From Nitrospirota bacterium (GTDB lineage Bacteria; Nitrospirota; UBA9217), in the NCBI GenBank assembly GCA_963840455.1, contig CAWIYV010000011.1, forward strand, positions 533,066-597,065: a stretch of 64,000 nucleotides of DNA, read 5' to 3'. Numbering within the stretch: the stretch's first letter is position 1; every line of letters starts with the position of its first letter. The translations under genes were made by a program, and so were the position numbers. Positions 18,585 through 29,020 of the stretch are shown here, piece after piece. The notes under the pieces were generated by a model. It searched no databases and was not told where the DNA came from. It worked only from the letters and a program-made list of their open reading frames with translations.

Positions 18585-19892
18585 ATGGCGATCCAGCAGC
18601 TCAAGGATGAATACGAGATCCAGGACGAGATCGGCTCAGGCGGCATGGCCACGGTGTACAAGGCTGTCCAGAAGTCCCTCGCCCGTCCGGTGGCGATCAA
18701 GCAGCTGAAGCGGTCCTACCACGCCGACGAGCAGATCGTCCGGCGCTTCGAGCGCGAGAGCAGGGTGGCCGCCTCGCTCCAGCACGAGAACATCGTCCAC
18801 ATCTACGACTACTGGAAAAAGCCGACGTACGCCATCGTGATGGAGTACGTTGATGGCGCCAACCTTGCCGACGTCATCGAGAAGACCGGCGCCCTGCCCG
18901 TTGACGTGGGCGTCATGATCTCCATCCAAGTGTGCAGCGCCCTGGAGTACGCCCACATGCGCGGACTCGTCCACCGCGATATCAAGCCGAGCAACATCAT
19001 GATCAAACGGAACGGCGAGGTCAAACTCATGGACTTCGGCATCGCCCACACCCGGCACCTTGACGCCCTCACCCTGCCCGGCACGCTCATCGGGACGCCG
19101 GCCTACATGTCACCTGAACAGATCCTCGGCCATCAGCTCGATGTCAGGTCTGACATCTTTTCTCTCGGCATCGTGTTGTACGAGATGTTCACCGGGGTCA
19201 AGCCTTTTGCCGACGACGAGAAGCGGCCGGTAACGGCAAAGATCGTGCATGATGACTTCCTCGCCCCCCGCCGCGTGAATGGAGACCTCCCCCGGCGGCT
19301 GCAGTGGCTCATCAAGAAGTGCCTCCGGAAGAAGCCGAAGCGGCGCTATGCTTCCATGCTGGAGGTCGAGCGCAAACTGGGAAAGCGGCTCGCGGGCAGA
19401 ACGACGAAGGCTGCCTCGCTCCAGCGGATCTCGGACTGCCTCGTCTCGCGCAAGGTCTTTGAGGCAGCGCCGGAACAGGATACGATGATTGTCCCGCCGG
19501 AAGCGAAGTTGTCTGGACGGCTCAAGGCGTCGATCGCGGCTGTTACAGCGCTCATCGTCCTGGCAGTAGGAGTAGGGCTCTACTATCAGCGGATGCGGAC
19601 AGACCAGGCAACGGTACGGCCTCCTGCTGCGCCGGCCACTCTGCCGTCAGCTGCCGGGCCGCCCCTGTCACGGCCCGTGGAGACCGCTCCGGCCCGCCTG
19701 CCAGCGCCGCTGGGTCAGGCTACCGGGACAGCGGGTACCCTCAGCCAACCGGCCCCGTCAACTCCTCCCTTGTCGGTCGAGCAGAGGAAAGAACCGACCG
19801 TCGAAAAAAAGACAGCCACGACCAAAAAGAAGAAGAAAAAGAAAGCGCCTCCCGCAACGACCAGCATGATAACCCCGCCCCCTTTAGCATGA
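18585..19892 (+). CDS. Hanks-type Ser/Thr protein kinase with a TM segment and a Pro/Ala/Thr-rich, poly-Lys C-terminal tail
   Basis: IGSGGMATVYKA, VAIKQL, HRDIKPSNIMI, DFGIAH and GTPAYMSPEQ. The first in-frame ATG is at 18552; 18585 gives MAIQQLKDEYEI directly before the kinase domain. Confidence 0.8.
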   Translation: MAIQQLKDEYEIQDEIGSGGMATVYKAVQKSLARPVAIKQLKRSYHADEQIVRRFERESRVAASLQHENIVHIYDYWKKPTYAIVMEYVDGANLADVIEKTGALPVDVGVMISIQVCSALEYAHMRGLVHRDIKPSNIMIKRNGEVKLMDFGIAHTRHLDALTLPGTLIGTPAYMSPEQILGHQLDVRSDIFSLGIVLYEMFTGVKPFADDEKRPVTAKIVHDDFLAPRRVNGDLPRRLQWLIKKCLRKKPKRRYASMLEVERKLGKRLAGRTTKAASLQRISDCLVSRKVFEAAPEQDTMIVPPEAKLSGRLKASIAAVTALIVLAVGVGLYYQRMRTDQATVRPPAAPATLPSAAGPPLSRPVETAPARLPAPLGQATGTAGTLSQPAPSTPPLSVEQRKEPTVEKKTATTKKKKKKKAPPATTSMITPPPLA

Positions 19893-20255
19893 AGAGGGCA
19901 CTGTTCCTGATTCACACCCGGAATGCAAACTGCGCCTTCGTCTTTTCGAAGACTCCCCTGCCGGCACAGCGCTCATCGCTGGTACAGGACAAAAAAAAGC
20001 GTCAACCCAGTCGGGCTGACGCCGTTCCTGCTGCTCCCACTCCCGCTCGATCACTGCTCAGGCATCCGGAACCTTGCACACTTCTCGGGAGCTGGTCCGC
20101 GATGATCTGCCGGGGCAGGTACAGGGCTCCGTTCCCGCCACACCCCTTGTTCCGCACGACATCCACGGTTTAGCTGCTCATGAATATCGCCTAGACCTTC
20201 GGCCAGGACATCCTGATCCGGTCACCGACCGCCTTACCGTTCATTGTCAGCACGG

Positions 20256-20642
20256 CTAGCGGTGGTCACGATGCACCGGCGCGACACCGCCGCCCGGCTC
20301 TATAAGCGAATTGTAGAATTCCTCCCATTCTTTCCGGTCGATCTTATTGTCCCTGTTCTTGTCCGCCTTGTTGAACAGATACGCCTTCAGCTCATCGTCC
20401 GAGAGCTTGCCGTCCCTGCCCGGTGCGAGGTCCTGTGGTTGAGCATAGGGAAGCGCCCGGACGTGCTCCAGCTTGTAGAACTCGCATGCCGAGAACTCGT
20501 CAAAGGTGATCTCGCGGTTGTTGTTCTTATCTAGACGGCAGAACTCCTGCTCGGACGCGTTCTTCTTCTCCTCGGGAGGCGTGATCGCTCCCTGCAGGGC
20601 GAACGAAAGGGCGAGCATAAGGATGAGCATGTGGTAACGCAT
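20256..20642 (-). CDS. secreted EF-hand calcium-binding protein
   Basis: Signal peptide, then three canonical EF-hand loops (DKNNNREITFDEF, GRDGKLSDDELKAY, DKNRDNKIDRKEWEEF). Confidence 0.7.
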   Translation of the reverse strand: MRYHMLILMLALSFALQGAITPPEEKKNASEQEFCRLDKNNNREITFDEFSACEFYKLEHVRALPYAQPQDLAPGRDGKLSDDELKAYLFNKADKNRDNKIDRKEWEEFYNSLIEPGGGVAPVHRDHR

Positions 20643-20692
20643 GAGTGACCTCCGCTTGGTGTGCCGTCTTCGGCAGGCTGCCGCTTCCGCTG

Positions 20693-23092
20693 CTACGCGT
20701 CCAGGACCTCGCGGACCTTCCTGAGCAACTGATCCGGGAAGATGGGCTTGGGAAGGAACGGTATCCCGTCATTGGTGATGCCCTTGCTCTGGATGATGTC
20801 CGCAGTGTAGCCGCTCATGAAAATGACCTTGATACCGGGTTTCACGGCCCTGATCTGTTCATAGGCAGCCTTCCCGTTCTTTTTCGGCATGATCACATCG
20901 GAGAGGAACAGCGAGAGAGAACCTGCATGCTCCGTGAACTGCTGCACGGCTTCCTCGCCGTCGACCGATTCGATGACGGTATACCCCGCTTCCCGCAGCA
21001 CGATCGTGATCAGCGCCCTGACATCGTTCTCGTCCTCCGCGAGCAGGATGGTCTCCCTGCCGCCAGCGGGCCGGTCCTCGATCCGGGCTGCCGGGGATTC
21101 TCCGGCGATCTCGATCGCGGGCAGGTATATCTTGAATGTCGTCCCCTTCCCCGGCTCGCTATAGACGTTGATCGTCCCGTTATGCTGCTTGACGATCCCA
21201 TAGACGATGGAAAGTCCCAGGCCCGTGCCCTTCCCGACCTCTTTCGTCGTGAAAAAGGGCTCAAAGATCTGCTTACGGGTCCCTTCGTCCATGCCGGCGC
21301 CGGTATCAGACACGCATATGACGCCATATCGTCCCGCCCGGTCGAGGTAGTTCACCTTCCGGGACCTCTCGTCGAACTCGACCAGGTCGGTCTCGATGAT
21401 CAGCTGGCCGCCATGTGGCATGGCGTCCCGGGCATTGGTGCAGAGGTTCAGCAGGACCTGTTCCATCTGGCCGCTGTCCGCCAGGACGTTCATACTTTTG
21501 TCGCGGAGGAACGTCCGGAACTCGATGTCTTCGCCGATCAGCCGCTTCGCGATCTTGGTGACGCTCTGCACGATCTCGTTCAGGTCCACCGGCTTCGGTT
21601 CGATCACCTGCTTCCGGCTGAAGGCGAGGAGGCTTTTGGTCAGCCGCGCGGCCCGGTCGCCTGCCGAGAGGATCTGGCTGGCATAGAAGGCGAGCTGCTC
21701 GTCGGCCGGCACTTTTTTTTTCATCATGTTGGCATAGCCGATGATCGCCGTCAGGATGTTGTTGAAATCGTGGGCCATGCCGCCGGCGAGGTGCCCGACG
21801 GCCTCCATCTTCTGTGCCTGGAGCAGCTGTGAATGGAGCTTTTCCTGCTCCTGCTCCGCCATCATCCGCTGGTAGATATTGAACCCGAGGACCGCGATGC
21901 CGCCGGCCAGGAGAAGGAAGATCCCCAGGGTCGTGGCTACGAGCCCTGGATGCTTTGCTGCGAACGATACCGGCCGGTTGACGATGACTGCGCCGGCAGG
22001 CAGGGACCGGAGCGGGATGTTGAAGCGGACCAGCTGGTTGTGATCGAACATCATGCGTGTCGGGCTTTTCAGGTCGACCGGGATGTCGGACGCAGGTTCT
22101 CCCGCAAGGACCCGGGCCGCCAGCTCCGCGGCCCTCGCCCCCTGCAGCTTGCCGCCGACCAGGCTGCCTCCGACGATGCCGTAGCCGAGCCGCTCCTCGT
22201 GCAGTCCGTAGACCGGCACAGGCGCACTCTGGCTCAGGAGCCGGGCGATCTTCTCGTGATTGATCACCTGGCCGTCCTTGTCAAGGCTGTACGACAGGGC
22301 AAGCACCAGGCTTTCGGCGGGAAGCCCCTGGAGGTGCTCCACCAGTTCAGCGGCGGACAGGTTCGGCAGGTACTGGATCTCGACCCTCCCGGCAAAGGGC
22401 TTGAGCTGCTCCTCGGTCTCCCGTTTAGTCGCAAGGCCCGTGATGGTGTAGTCATGGACCACGACGACCTTCCGCGCACCGGGATGAAGTTTGAGGGCCT
22501 GCTCCAGAGTATCGCCCGCATCGAGGATCTCCGCGACGCCGGTCACATTATCATGGCCTTCGATCGTCTTTGCATCAAATCCGTTGATCCCGCAGAAAAC
22601 GATGGCAGCACGGGGAAACAGCTGTGGCCGGTATTTGAGCGCGAACTGCAGCGCAGGATTGTCGGCAACGATGACAACAGGGAAGTCCTTGCCGCCATAT
22701 TTCTGGAGGAAGAGATCGCGGAGCCGGTCAAAATGCTCCATCTTGGGGTAATGCTTGCAGTCCAGGAAATCGATTCGCGGCTGGATCCTCGCATCGGCCT
22801 TCATGAGCCTTTCGACGATCCCCCGCATCTCGTTGTCGGACCAGGAATAGCCGAGATGGTAGGAATTGAGGATCAGGACCTCCCGGCTGTCCCTGCCCGG
22901 GACGGCCATTGATCCCATCATGCTGGATATGCGCTGTTGATCGACGGGGAGTTCGATGTTCGACGCCGTGCGGACCTGATACCACAGGAGGGCCATCAGC
23001 ATCAGGATGCCGAGAATAAAGAGCGATGCGATCCAGCCGGCGCGGGGCGAACGATTGAGGATCATGCGGAGTTTGCGGATCGCGGTCGTCAA
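20693..23092 (-). CDS. hybrid sensor histidine kinase / response regulator with a periplasmic ABC-substrate-binding-like sensor domain
   Basis: N-terminal TM segment and a large periplasmic domain. HisKA H-box [17 protein letters not shown]. HATPase_c (GTGLGLSIV). C-terminal receiver ([11 protein letters not shown]...D). Confidence 0.85.
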   Translation of the reverse strand: MTTAIRKLRMILNRSPRAGWIASLFILGILMLMALLWYQVRTASNIELPVDQQRISSMMGSMAVPGRDSREVLILNSYHLGYSWSDNEMRGIVERLMKADARIQPRIDFLDCKHYPKMEHFDRLRDLFLQKYGGKDFPVVIVADNPALQFALKYRPQLFPRAAIVFCGINGFDAKTIEGHDNVTGVAEILDAGDTLEQALKLHPGARKVVVVHDYTITGLATKRETEEQLKPFAGRVEIQYLPNLSAAELVEHLQGLPAESLVLALSYSLDKDGQVINHEKIARLLSQSAPVPVYGLHEERLGYGIVGGSLVGGKLQGARAAELAARVLAGEPASDIPVDLKSPTRMMFDHNQLVRFNIPLRSLPAGAVIVNRPVSFAAKHPGLVATTLGIFLLLAGGIAVLGFNIYQRMMAEQEQEKLHSQLLQAQKMEAVGHLAGGMAHDFNNILTAIIGYANMMKKKVPADEQLAFYASQILSAGDRAARLTKSLLAFSRKQVIEPKPVDLNEIVQSVTKIAKRLIGEDIEFRTFLRDKSMNVLADSGQMEQVLLNLCTNARDAMPHGGQLIIETDLVEFDERSRKVNYLDRAGRYGVICVSDTGAGMDEGTRKQIFEPFFTTKEVGKGTGLGLSIVYGIVKQHNGTINVYSEPGKGTTFKIYLPAIEIAGESPAARIEDRPAGGRETILLAEDENDVRALITIVLREAGYTVIESVDGEEAVQQFTEHAGSLSLFLSDVIMPKKNGKAAYEQIRAVKPGIKVIFMSGYTADIIQSKGITNDGIPFLPKPIFPDQLLRKVREVLDA

Positions 23093-23292
23093 TCGTCGCT
23101 CCTTTCACGGGCCTGGCACTATAGATTGACCCTCTCTGGCTGCAGCAGGACCAGCGTGTCACAGGATAAGTATAACAAAAAGAGTGCCGGGCGCGGAGTG
23201 TTCTTCGTGCCCAGTCGGCACGGTCTTCCCGCTGCATGGGCGCATGCGATACGGCGCAGGAAGGCTTGCTTTGAGAGGAGGATGGCGAGCGG

Positions 23293-24831
23293 TCAGGAGC
23301 GCTTCATGTCCCGCTCGCGGTACCAGACGCGGAGCTCTTTCTTCATGATCTTGCCTGTCGCGGTGCGGGGCAGCTCTTCGGTGAAGATGAACCGCCGCGG
23401 GATCTTGTAGTGGGCAACGTGTTCGGCGAGATAATCACGGAGGTCCTTCGCCGTGGCGTTCTTGCTTTCCTGGAGCACCACGTACATGATGCCCAGCTCC
23501 TTCCCCTCCTCGTGCTCGTGGGGAACGCCGATCATGGAGCAGTCCTTGACCGCAGGATGCCGGTACAGGACCTCCTCCACCTCGTAGGGATATACGTTCA
23601 GGCCATCGACAATGATCAGGTCCTTCTTCCGGTCGATGATCCTGATGTACCCGTCCTCGTCGAGTGCGGCGATGTCGCCGGTAAAAAGCCATCCGTCCCT
23701 GATGGTCTTGGCCGTGTCCTCGGGGCGGTTCAGATATCCCTTCATCACATTGGGCCCTTTGACGACGAGTTCGCCGGGCGTTCCGACAGGAAGCGGTGCA
23801 CCTGCATCGTCCACGATCATCACGTCGATCCCCGGGAGGGGCTTGCCGACCGTGCCGGGCTTGCTCATCCCCTTTTCCAGCGGATTGATGGATACAACCG
23901 GCGAAGCCTCGGTCAGACCGTAGCCTTCGAGCAATGGGACCTTGAAAGCCGCCTCGAACTCCCGGATGACCTTCACCGGCAGTGGCGCAGCGCCGGAGAC
24001 GCACAGCCGGAGGTTCAGCAGGAGCTTGATGAAGAAGGGCATGTCCTTCTCGGCCAGGATCTTGTAGACCGTGGGGATGGCTACGAAGAGCGTGATGCGG
24101 TCCATGATGAGGCTCTTCACAACGCGCTGGAACGGCCGCACGCCCGGCAGCAGCGAGAGCATGGCGCCCCGCAGGAGCGGCAGCACCACGCAGACCGTGT
24201 AGGTGAAGGAATGGAACAGCGGCAGGAAAACCACGAAGCGGTCCTTCGAAGAGATGTGGATGACCTCGCAGGCAGCGAGCGCGTTGGCGATGATGTTCCG
24301 GTGGGTCAGGAGCGCGCCCTTGGGCCTGCCGGTCGTGCCGGACGTGTACAGGATGGTCGAGACCTCATCGGGGTCGGTCCGGGGGAACGCGGGCTGGGCA
24401 CCCGCTCCCGAGGACCGCAGCGCGACCTCCGGCAGCGAGTGATACCGCCGGTTACCCCGCTCGCGCTGCATGAGCTTCTGCACCGTCGCGGAACACTCGG
24501 CGTCGTGGAACACGGTGACAACGCCCGCGTCCTCGAGGATAAAGTCCACTTCTTCGTGGGTCAGCAGATTATTGACCGGCAGGACGCAGCCCCCTGCGCG
24601 GATGATGCCGAAGTAGGCCGCGATGTATTCGTAACAATTGCAGCTCAGGAGGGCGATCCGGTCGCCCCGCCTGAACCCCTGCTCCAGAAGGAACGACGCG
24701 AACACCGAGGCAAGCCGGTCCATTTCCCGGTAGGAATATTTCCTGCCTTCGAACTTAACGAACGTCTTCCGGGGGATCCGCCGGGCCTGCTCTCCCAGCA
24801 TCTGGTCGAGAGGTAGAATCTCCTTTTTCAT
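23293..24831 (-). CDS. long-chain acyl-CoA synthetase (AMP-binding, FadD-like)
   Basis: AMP-binding signature YTSGTTGRPKGALLTHRN, plus C-terminal ...GDIA...DRKKDLII and ...TATGKIMKKEL. Confidence 0.85.
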   Translation of the reverse strand: MKKEILPLDQMLGEQARRIPRKTFVKFEGRKYSYREMDRLASVFASFLLEQGFRRGDRIALLSCNCYEYIAAYFGIIRAGGCVLPVNNLLTHEEVDFILEDAGVVTVFHDAECSATVQKLMQRERGNRRYHSLPEVALRSSGAGAQPAFPRTDPDEVSTILYTSGTTGRPKGALLTHRNIIANALAACEVIHISSKDRFVVFLPLFHSFTYTVCVVLPLLRGAMLSLLPGVRPFQRVVKSLIMDRITLFVAIPTVYKILAEKDMPFFIKLLLNLRLCVSGAAPLPVKVIREFEAAFKVPLLEGYGLTEASPVVSINPLEKGMSKPGTVGKPLPGIDVMIVDDAGAPLPVGTPGELVVKGPNVMKGYLNRPEDTAKTIRDGWLFTGDIAALDEDGYIRIIDRKKDLIIVDGLNVYPYEVEEVLYRHPAVKDCSMIGVPHEHEEGKELGIMYVVLQESKNATAKDLRDYLAEHVAHYKIPRRFIFTEELPRTATGKIMKKELRVWYRERDMKRS

Positions 24832-25138
24832 GGCGGGGAGTATAACATAGTCGCCCGCAAGGGGAAAAGTAAAAAAACACGCCTGCCGTCACGCGCGCCC
24901 CGCTTCCCGTGCCTGGAGACCGGAAGGATTTCCCTTGACATAATACAGGATTTATATTATCTTCATTGACAGAAGAAACGCGGCATCTGCCGCAAGGCAT
25001 CATCCGCGAGAAGCGCCACAGGGGATAGCAGATGGGCAGGGAGACAGGCTCCCTGCCCGGTTTTTTCCGTGGTCGCGTAAAAAAGAAAAGGCAGGCCACC
25101 TGACGGTGAACCTGCCTTTATTGGTTGATGGGTGGTGC

Positions 25139-25339
25139 TCAGACCTTTACGACATTCGCTGCCTTCGGGCCCTTCGGGCTGTCTTCAATGTCGAACGTCA
25201 CTGCCTGACCTTCGGCCAGGGACTTGAAGCCAGCGTCCTGGATCGCAGAAAAGTGAACGAACACGTCTGCGCCGTCCTCTGCGGCAATGAATCCAAAACC
25301 CTTGGAGTCATTGAACCACTTCACGGTTCCTTTTGCCAT
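25139..25339 (-). CDS. cspA: cold-shock protein (CspA family)
   Basis: [18 protein letters not shown]...[10 protein letters not shown], ~66 aa. AAGGAGG RBS. The ORF track extends it upstream, but the conserved start is the internal M. Confidence 0.85.
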   Translation of the reverse strand: MAKGTVKWFNDSKGFGFIAAEDGADVFVHFSAIQDAGFKSLAEGQAVTFDIEDSPKGPKAANVVKV

Positions 25340-25390
25340 GTGTGCAGAACCTCCTTCCGTGAGAATTGAAGAAGCGGAAACGTGCGTCAC

Positions 25391-25420
25391 AAAAAAACCG
25401 CAAAGATGGGATCTTTGCGG
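25391..25420 (-). terminator. intrinsic-terminator-like hairpin between the cupin gene stop and the csp start
   Basis: Plus strand AAAAAAA-CCGCAAAGAT-ggg-ATCTTTGCGG. A minus-sense RNA gives a 10-bp stem then a U7 run. Lies ~60 nt after the cupin stop and ~55 nt before the csp ATG. Confidence 0.55.
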
Positions 25421-25482
25421 CCGCGTGAACGACAAAGACTTCCGAACTTCAGTGCCGATACTCGCATATCCCCCGGCCAAAG

Positions 25483-25854
25483 TCAAGAATTATTTTCCAC
25501 AACCTCTTCGTCCTCTTTCCGCCAGGCGGGATCAACGATGCAAAGAAACGCCAGGTCCACAGAACCGCTGTTCGTGATCTGCTGCTTCGCCTTCGGCGGG
25601 ATGTAGATCGTGTCCCCTGCCACTATCCGCTTCGATCCGCCGTCGATGTGCATGATAGCCTCGCCGGACAGGATGTAATAGACCTCCGATGTCCTGAGGG
25701 CATGGAGCCACGTGGTCTGGCCGGGGGCTACCACGGCATGCGCGAGGCTGTACCGGAGCGCAAGTTCCGCCTTATCCGGATGCAGGATCTCCCGGAGCGT
25801 GCAGTTGTCGCCTGCGGTGAAGGCGGGACAGTCGTTCAAGCTGCGAATGAACAT
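25483..25854 (-). CDS. cupin-domain protein
   Basis: 123 aa with two conserved-barrel His-containing motifs (HP..AEL..H; GEA.MHIDG). Confidence 0.6.
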   Translation of the reverse strand: MFIRSLNDCPAFTAGDNCTLREILHPDKAELALRYSLAHAVVAPGQTTWLHALRTSEVYYILSGEAIMHIDGGSKRIVAGDTIYIPPKAKQQITNSGSVDLAFLCIVDPAWRKEDEEVVENNS

Positions 25855-25859
25855 GGCTC

Positions 25860-27740
25860 CTAGGTACCTCCGCTCCTGATGACCGCTGCCACGACCTCGG
25901 AAAGGTCGCGCAGCCGGTAGGGCTTGGTCACCACCCCCTGGAACCCGTAGGAGCGAAAATCGGACATGACCGGATCATGCGAATACCCGCTGGACACGAT
26001 GATCCGTGCCGCCGGGTCGATCTCGAGCAGTTTCCGGACGGCCTCTTTTCCTCCCATGCCTCCGGGGACCGTAAGGTCCATGATGACCGCACCAAAGGGG
26101 CGGCCCGCTTCCTGCGCCTGCCGGTACTTGGCAATGGCCTCACCGCCCTCGCCTGCGTGGTCCACAGTGTAGCCCAACCGCATTAGCATGTCCCCCGTGG
26201 TGTTCCGCATCTCCTCCTCGTCGTCCATGACCAGGATATGCCCGTTCCCCTTCGTGAACGTGTTGTCCCGCCATGCATAGGTGACATCCCCCTGTGACGC
26301 GGGCAGGTAGACATGGAAAGTTGTGCCTCTGCCCGGCTCGGATTCAACGGTAATGAGGCCTTCATGCTTCCGGATGATCGAGTAGCTGGCTGCAAGCCCG
26401 AGCCCGCTCCCCTTCTGCTTGGTGGTGAAGAAGGGATCGAAGACCTTCGCAATGTGCTCCGCGGGAATGCCGGTGCCTTCGTCCGCGACCGATATCTTCA
26501 CGTACCGCCCCGCGCCGAGCGGGAGGTCGTTGCCCGGCCCGAGGGTGATGTTCTGCGCGGAGATCCGGATGATCCCGCCCGAAGGCATGGCCTGGTCGGC
26601 GTTGATCAGCAGGTTATTGAAGACCTGCATCATCTGCCCTTCGTCGGCCTCGACGGGCCACAGGCCCCTCGGGATCGCGAGCTCGTGCAGGACGCGGGAG
26701 CCCTGCAGGGAGATCCCGGCCGCCTCGGAAATGACGCCGGAAAGTGCTATGAGCTTCTTGACCGGCGCGCCGCCGCGCGAGAAGGTGAGCAGCTGCCGGG
26801 TAAGCTCCTGCGCCCGGAGGGAGGCCTGTTCCGCCTTGGCGAGCTGATGAGCGGCTGGGTTCGCCGGGTCCACGTCAAGCATGGCCAGCGATAAATTTCC
26901 CATGATGGCGCCCAGGAGGTTGTTGAAATCGTGCGCAATACCGCCGGCGAGCAGTCCCAGGGATTCCAGCTTCGACGCCCGGGTCAGCTCGAATTCCATG
27001 CGCTCCCGCTCGACGATCTCCTGTTGAAGCCGGACATTGGCCTTCTTGAGCTCCGCGGTCCGTTCTTCCACAAGGTCCTCGAGCCGTTCTCGGTGCTTCT
27101 TCAGCTCCTCTTCGGCCTGTTTGCGCTCCGTTATGTTGCGTACCGCCTCGATGCCGGCGATGATCTCGCCTTTCGCGTTCCGGAGAGGGGAAGAGCTTAT
27201 CTCGATATGACTTTTCCCGTTCTGGGAAGGCACGCTCTTCACCAGGACATGGTTGCCGCCGTCCTCAAAGGAGCGCGCCACCGGGCATCCCGGGCAGATG
27301 GTATCGCGGCCGGCATACTTTTCATAGCAGACCTTTCCCAGCTGGTCCCCAACCATGTCCCGGTGGACCTGGTTCTGGTACAGCACTCGATAGTTCCGGT
27401 CCAGAATGCTGATACCGTCGGGGATGGCCGCGACGACCGCGTCGGTCTTGGCCTTTTCGTCCTCAAGCCGGGCCAGTGCCTTCCGGAGTTCCTCTTCGAC
27501 GAACTTGCGCCGCGTCAGGGTGCGCGAGGTCATGACCCCGAAGAGAAAGATGACCAGAAGAAGAAAGAGCCGGAAATAGAGCTCGTGAGGAGTGATCTCC
27601 AGGATCAGGGTGTCCAGGAACGTGGCTTGGGAAAACACAAGGGAATCGATCAAGGCGTCCAGGACCCAGGCGCCCATGCCGACCAGGATCGAGACGAGTA
27701 CGACCTTTTCCTCGTACCGGAAATGTGACGGTTTTATCAT
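25860..27740 (-). CDS. PAS-sensor hybrid histidine kinase / response regulator
   Basis: N-terminal TM helices, coiled coil and PAS region. H-box LAGGIAHDFNNLLGAI. HATPase_c (GSGLGLA). C-terminal receiver (ILVMDDEEEMR). Start taken at MIKPSH (GAGGA RBS); an alternative ATG is at 27767. Confidence 0.85.
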   Translation of the reverse strand: MIKPSHFRYEEKVVLVSILVGMGAWVLDALIDSLVFSQATFLDTLILEITPHELYFRLFLLLVIFLFGVMTSRTLTRRKFVEEELRKALARLEDEKAKTDAVVAAIPDGISILDRNYRVLYQNQVHRDMVGDQLGKVCYEKYAGRDTICPGCPVARSFEDGGNHVLVKSVPSQNGKSHIEISSSPLRNAKGEIIAGIEAVRNITERKQAEEELKKHRERLEDLVEERTAELKKANVRLQQEIVERERMEFELTRASKLESLGLLAGGIAHDFNNLLGAIMGNLSLAMLDVDPANPAAHQLAKAEQASLRAQELTRQLLTFSRGGAPVKKLIALSGVISEAAGISLQGSRVLHELAIPRGLWPVEADEGQMMQVFNNLLINADQAMPSGGIIRISAQNITLGPGNDLPLGAGRYVKISVADEGTGIPAEHIAKVFDPFFTTKQKGSGLGLAASYSIIRKHEGLITVESEPGRGTTFHVYLPASQGDVTYAWRDNTFTKGNGHILVMDDEEEMRNTTGDMLMRLGYTVDHAGEGGEAIAKYRQAQEAGRPFGAVIMDLTVPGGMGGKEAVRKLLEIDPAARIIVSSGYSHDPVMSDFRSYGFQGVVTKPYRLRDLSEVVAAVIRSGGT

Positions 27741-27852
27741 AGGTCCTCGGGATGGCAAGAGGTGCATCTGCGACGATTTGCAATTTATCGCGGTGCCGTG
27801 AACTTGTCAATGAAATTGTATCGGACCGTCCGGTCCAAGGCGTCCTTTCCTC

Positions 27853-28692
27853 TTGCAGTCCTGCACGGAACTATGGTACATACTCCCACTTGCCATGAAC
27901 GCTGACACCGTCGCCCAATACCGCTCCTGGTTCTCCCGCTTCGTTCAGGACCACGCTGCGCGGAACGAGCAGGACCAGCAGAACATCGCGCTGAAGGAAG
28001 AGCACACCCTTCAGGTCTGCGGCAACGCCCGGCGGATCGCCGCGGAGCTGGGGCTTGATGAACGCGCAGCCGCGATCGCCGAGACCATCGCGCTTTTCCA
28101 TGATATCGGGCGGTTCCCGCAGTACCATCGCTACCGGACCTTCCAGGACAGCCTGTCAGTGAACCACGCGGTCCTGGGCGCACAGGTCCTGCTCGAGCGT
28201 AATGTCCTCCGGGACCTTCCGAGGCTGGAGAGGTCCCTGATCGTCCGTGCCGTGGCCTTGCACAACGTTTTCGCCTTACCGCAGGGCCTCGCCGTTGAGG
28301 TCCTCCTGCAGGCAAAATTGGTCCGCGACGCGGACAAGCTCGATATCTGGCGCGTGTTCATGGAGCTCCTCGACCGGGACACGACTGACTGGCCGTCGGC
28401 CGCGGGCCTCGGCCTCCCCGATACACCGGAGCACTCACCCGGCATCCTCGACTCCCTCGAACGGCGCGAAATGGTACGGCTCACAAGCCTCCGGACCCTG
28501 AACGACTTCAAGCTGCTCCAGCTCGCCTGGATCTACGACCTGAACTTCGCCCCAAGCCTGCGCATGGTCGTCGAACGGGGTGTCATCGACCGGCTGTCCG
28601 CGACGGTGCCGCAGACCCCCGAGGTCGGGCGGGCCCTCGGGAAGCTCCGGCAGTTCGTGGCCGTTCGGCTTGCCGCCGGGACCGCGGCCTGA
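27853..28692 (+). CDS. HD-domain phosphohydrolase family protein
   Basis: HD signature ALFHDIGR...H, with a downstream DADKLD. Start uncertain (internal Met at 27895). Confidence 0.65.
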   Translation: MQSCTELWYILPLAMNADTVAQYRSWFSRFVQDHAARNEQDQQNIALKEEHTLQVCGNARRIAAELGLDERAAAIAETIALFHDIGRFPQYHRYRTFQDSLSVNHAVLGAQVLLERNVLRDLPRLERSLIVRAVALHNVFALPQGLAVEVLLQAKLVRDADKLDIWRVFMELLDRDTTDWPSAAGLGLPDTPEHSPGILDSLERREMVRLTSLRTLNDFKLLQLAWIYDLNFAPSLRMVVERGVIDRLSATVPQTPEVGRALGKLRQFVAVRLAAGTAA

Positions 28693-28800
28693 ATCCAGGA
28701 GCGAGCGCATTCCCCGTAGTTTGCTACGGGGTCAGCGAGCGATTAGAATAAAATATTACCTTGAGGATCGAAGCTCCATGCATCTTGCTTCGGGGAGTTT
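28692..28800 (+). repeat. copy 1 of a ~110-bp hairpin-containing intergenic repeat family
   Basis: AATCCAGGAGCGAGCGCATTCCCCGTAGTTTGCTACGGGGTCAGCG...CCTTGAGGATCGAAG... begins 1 nt after the HD gene. Nearly identical 5' 50 nt to copy 2. Confidence 0.85.
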
Positions 28801-28801
28801 C

Positions 28802-28918
28802 AATCCAGGAGCGAGCGCATTCCCCGTAGTTTGCTACGGGGTCAGCGGGCGATGAGAAGAACGACAACTACCTTGAGGATCGAAGATTCCCTGCAGCTTG
28901 CTGAAGGGAGCTTCAACG
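28802..28918 (+). repeat. copy 2 (tandem) of the same repeat family
   Basis: Direct tandem copy. Conserved 5' module and CCTTGAGGATCGAAG box. Divergent AT-rich centre. Confidence 0.85.
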
Positions 28919-28971
28919 CCGTCAGAAGGCCCTTCCCGGGCGTTCGGAAGCCCTTTCATTCCTTTTTTGCC

Positions 28972-29000
28972 TTGAAATCACCCGGGTGTTCTGCTATGAT
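28972..29000 (+). promoter_or_regulatory. candidate sigma-70 promoter TTGAAA-17-TATGAT upstream of the RDD gene
   Basis: Consensus-like hexamers with 17-nt spacing. GAGGAGG RBS and the ATG at 29021 follow. Confidence 0.4.
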
Positions 29001-29020
29001 GTGCGGGCCTGAGGAGGCGC

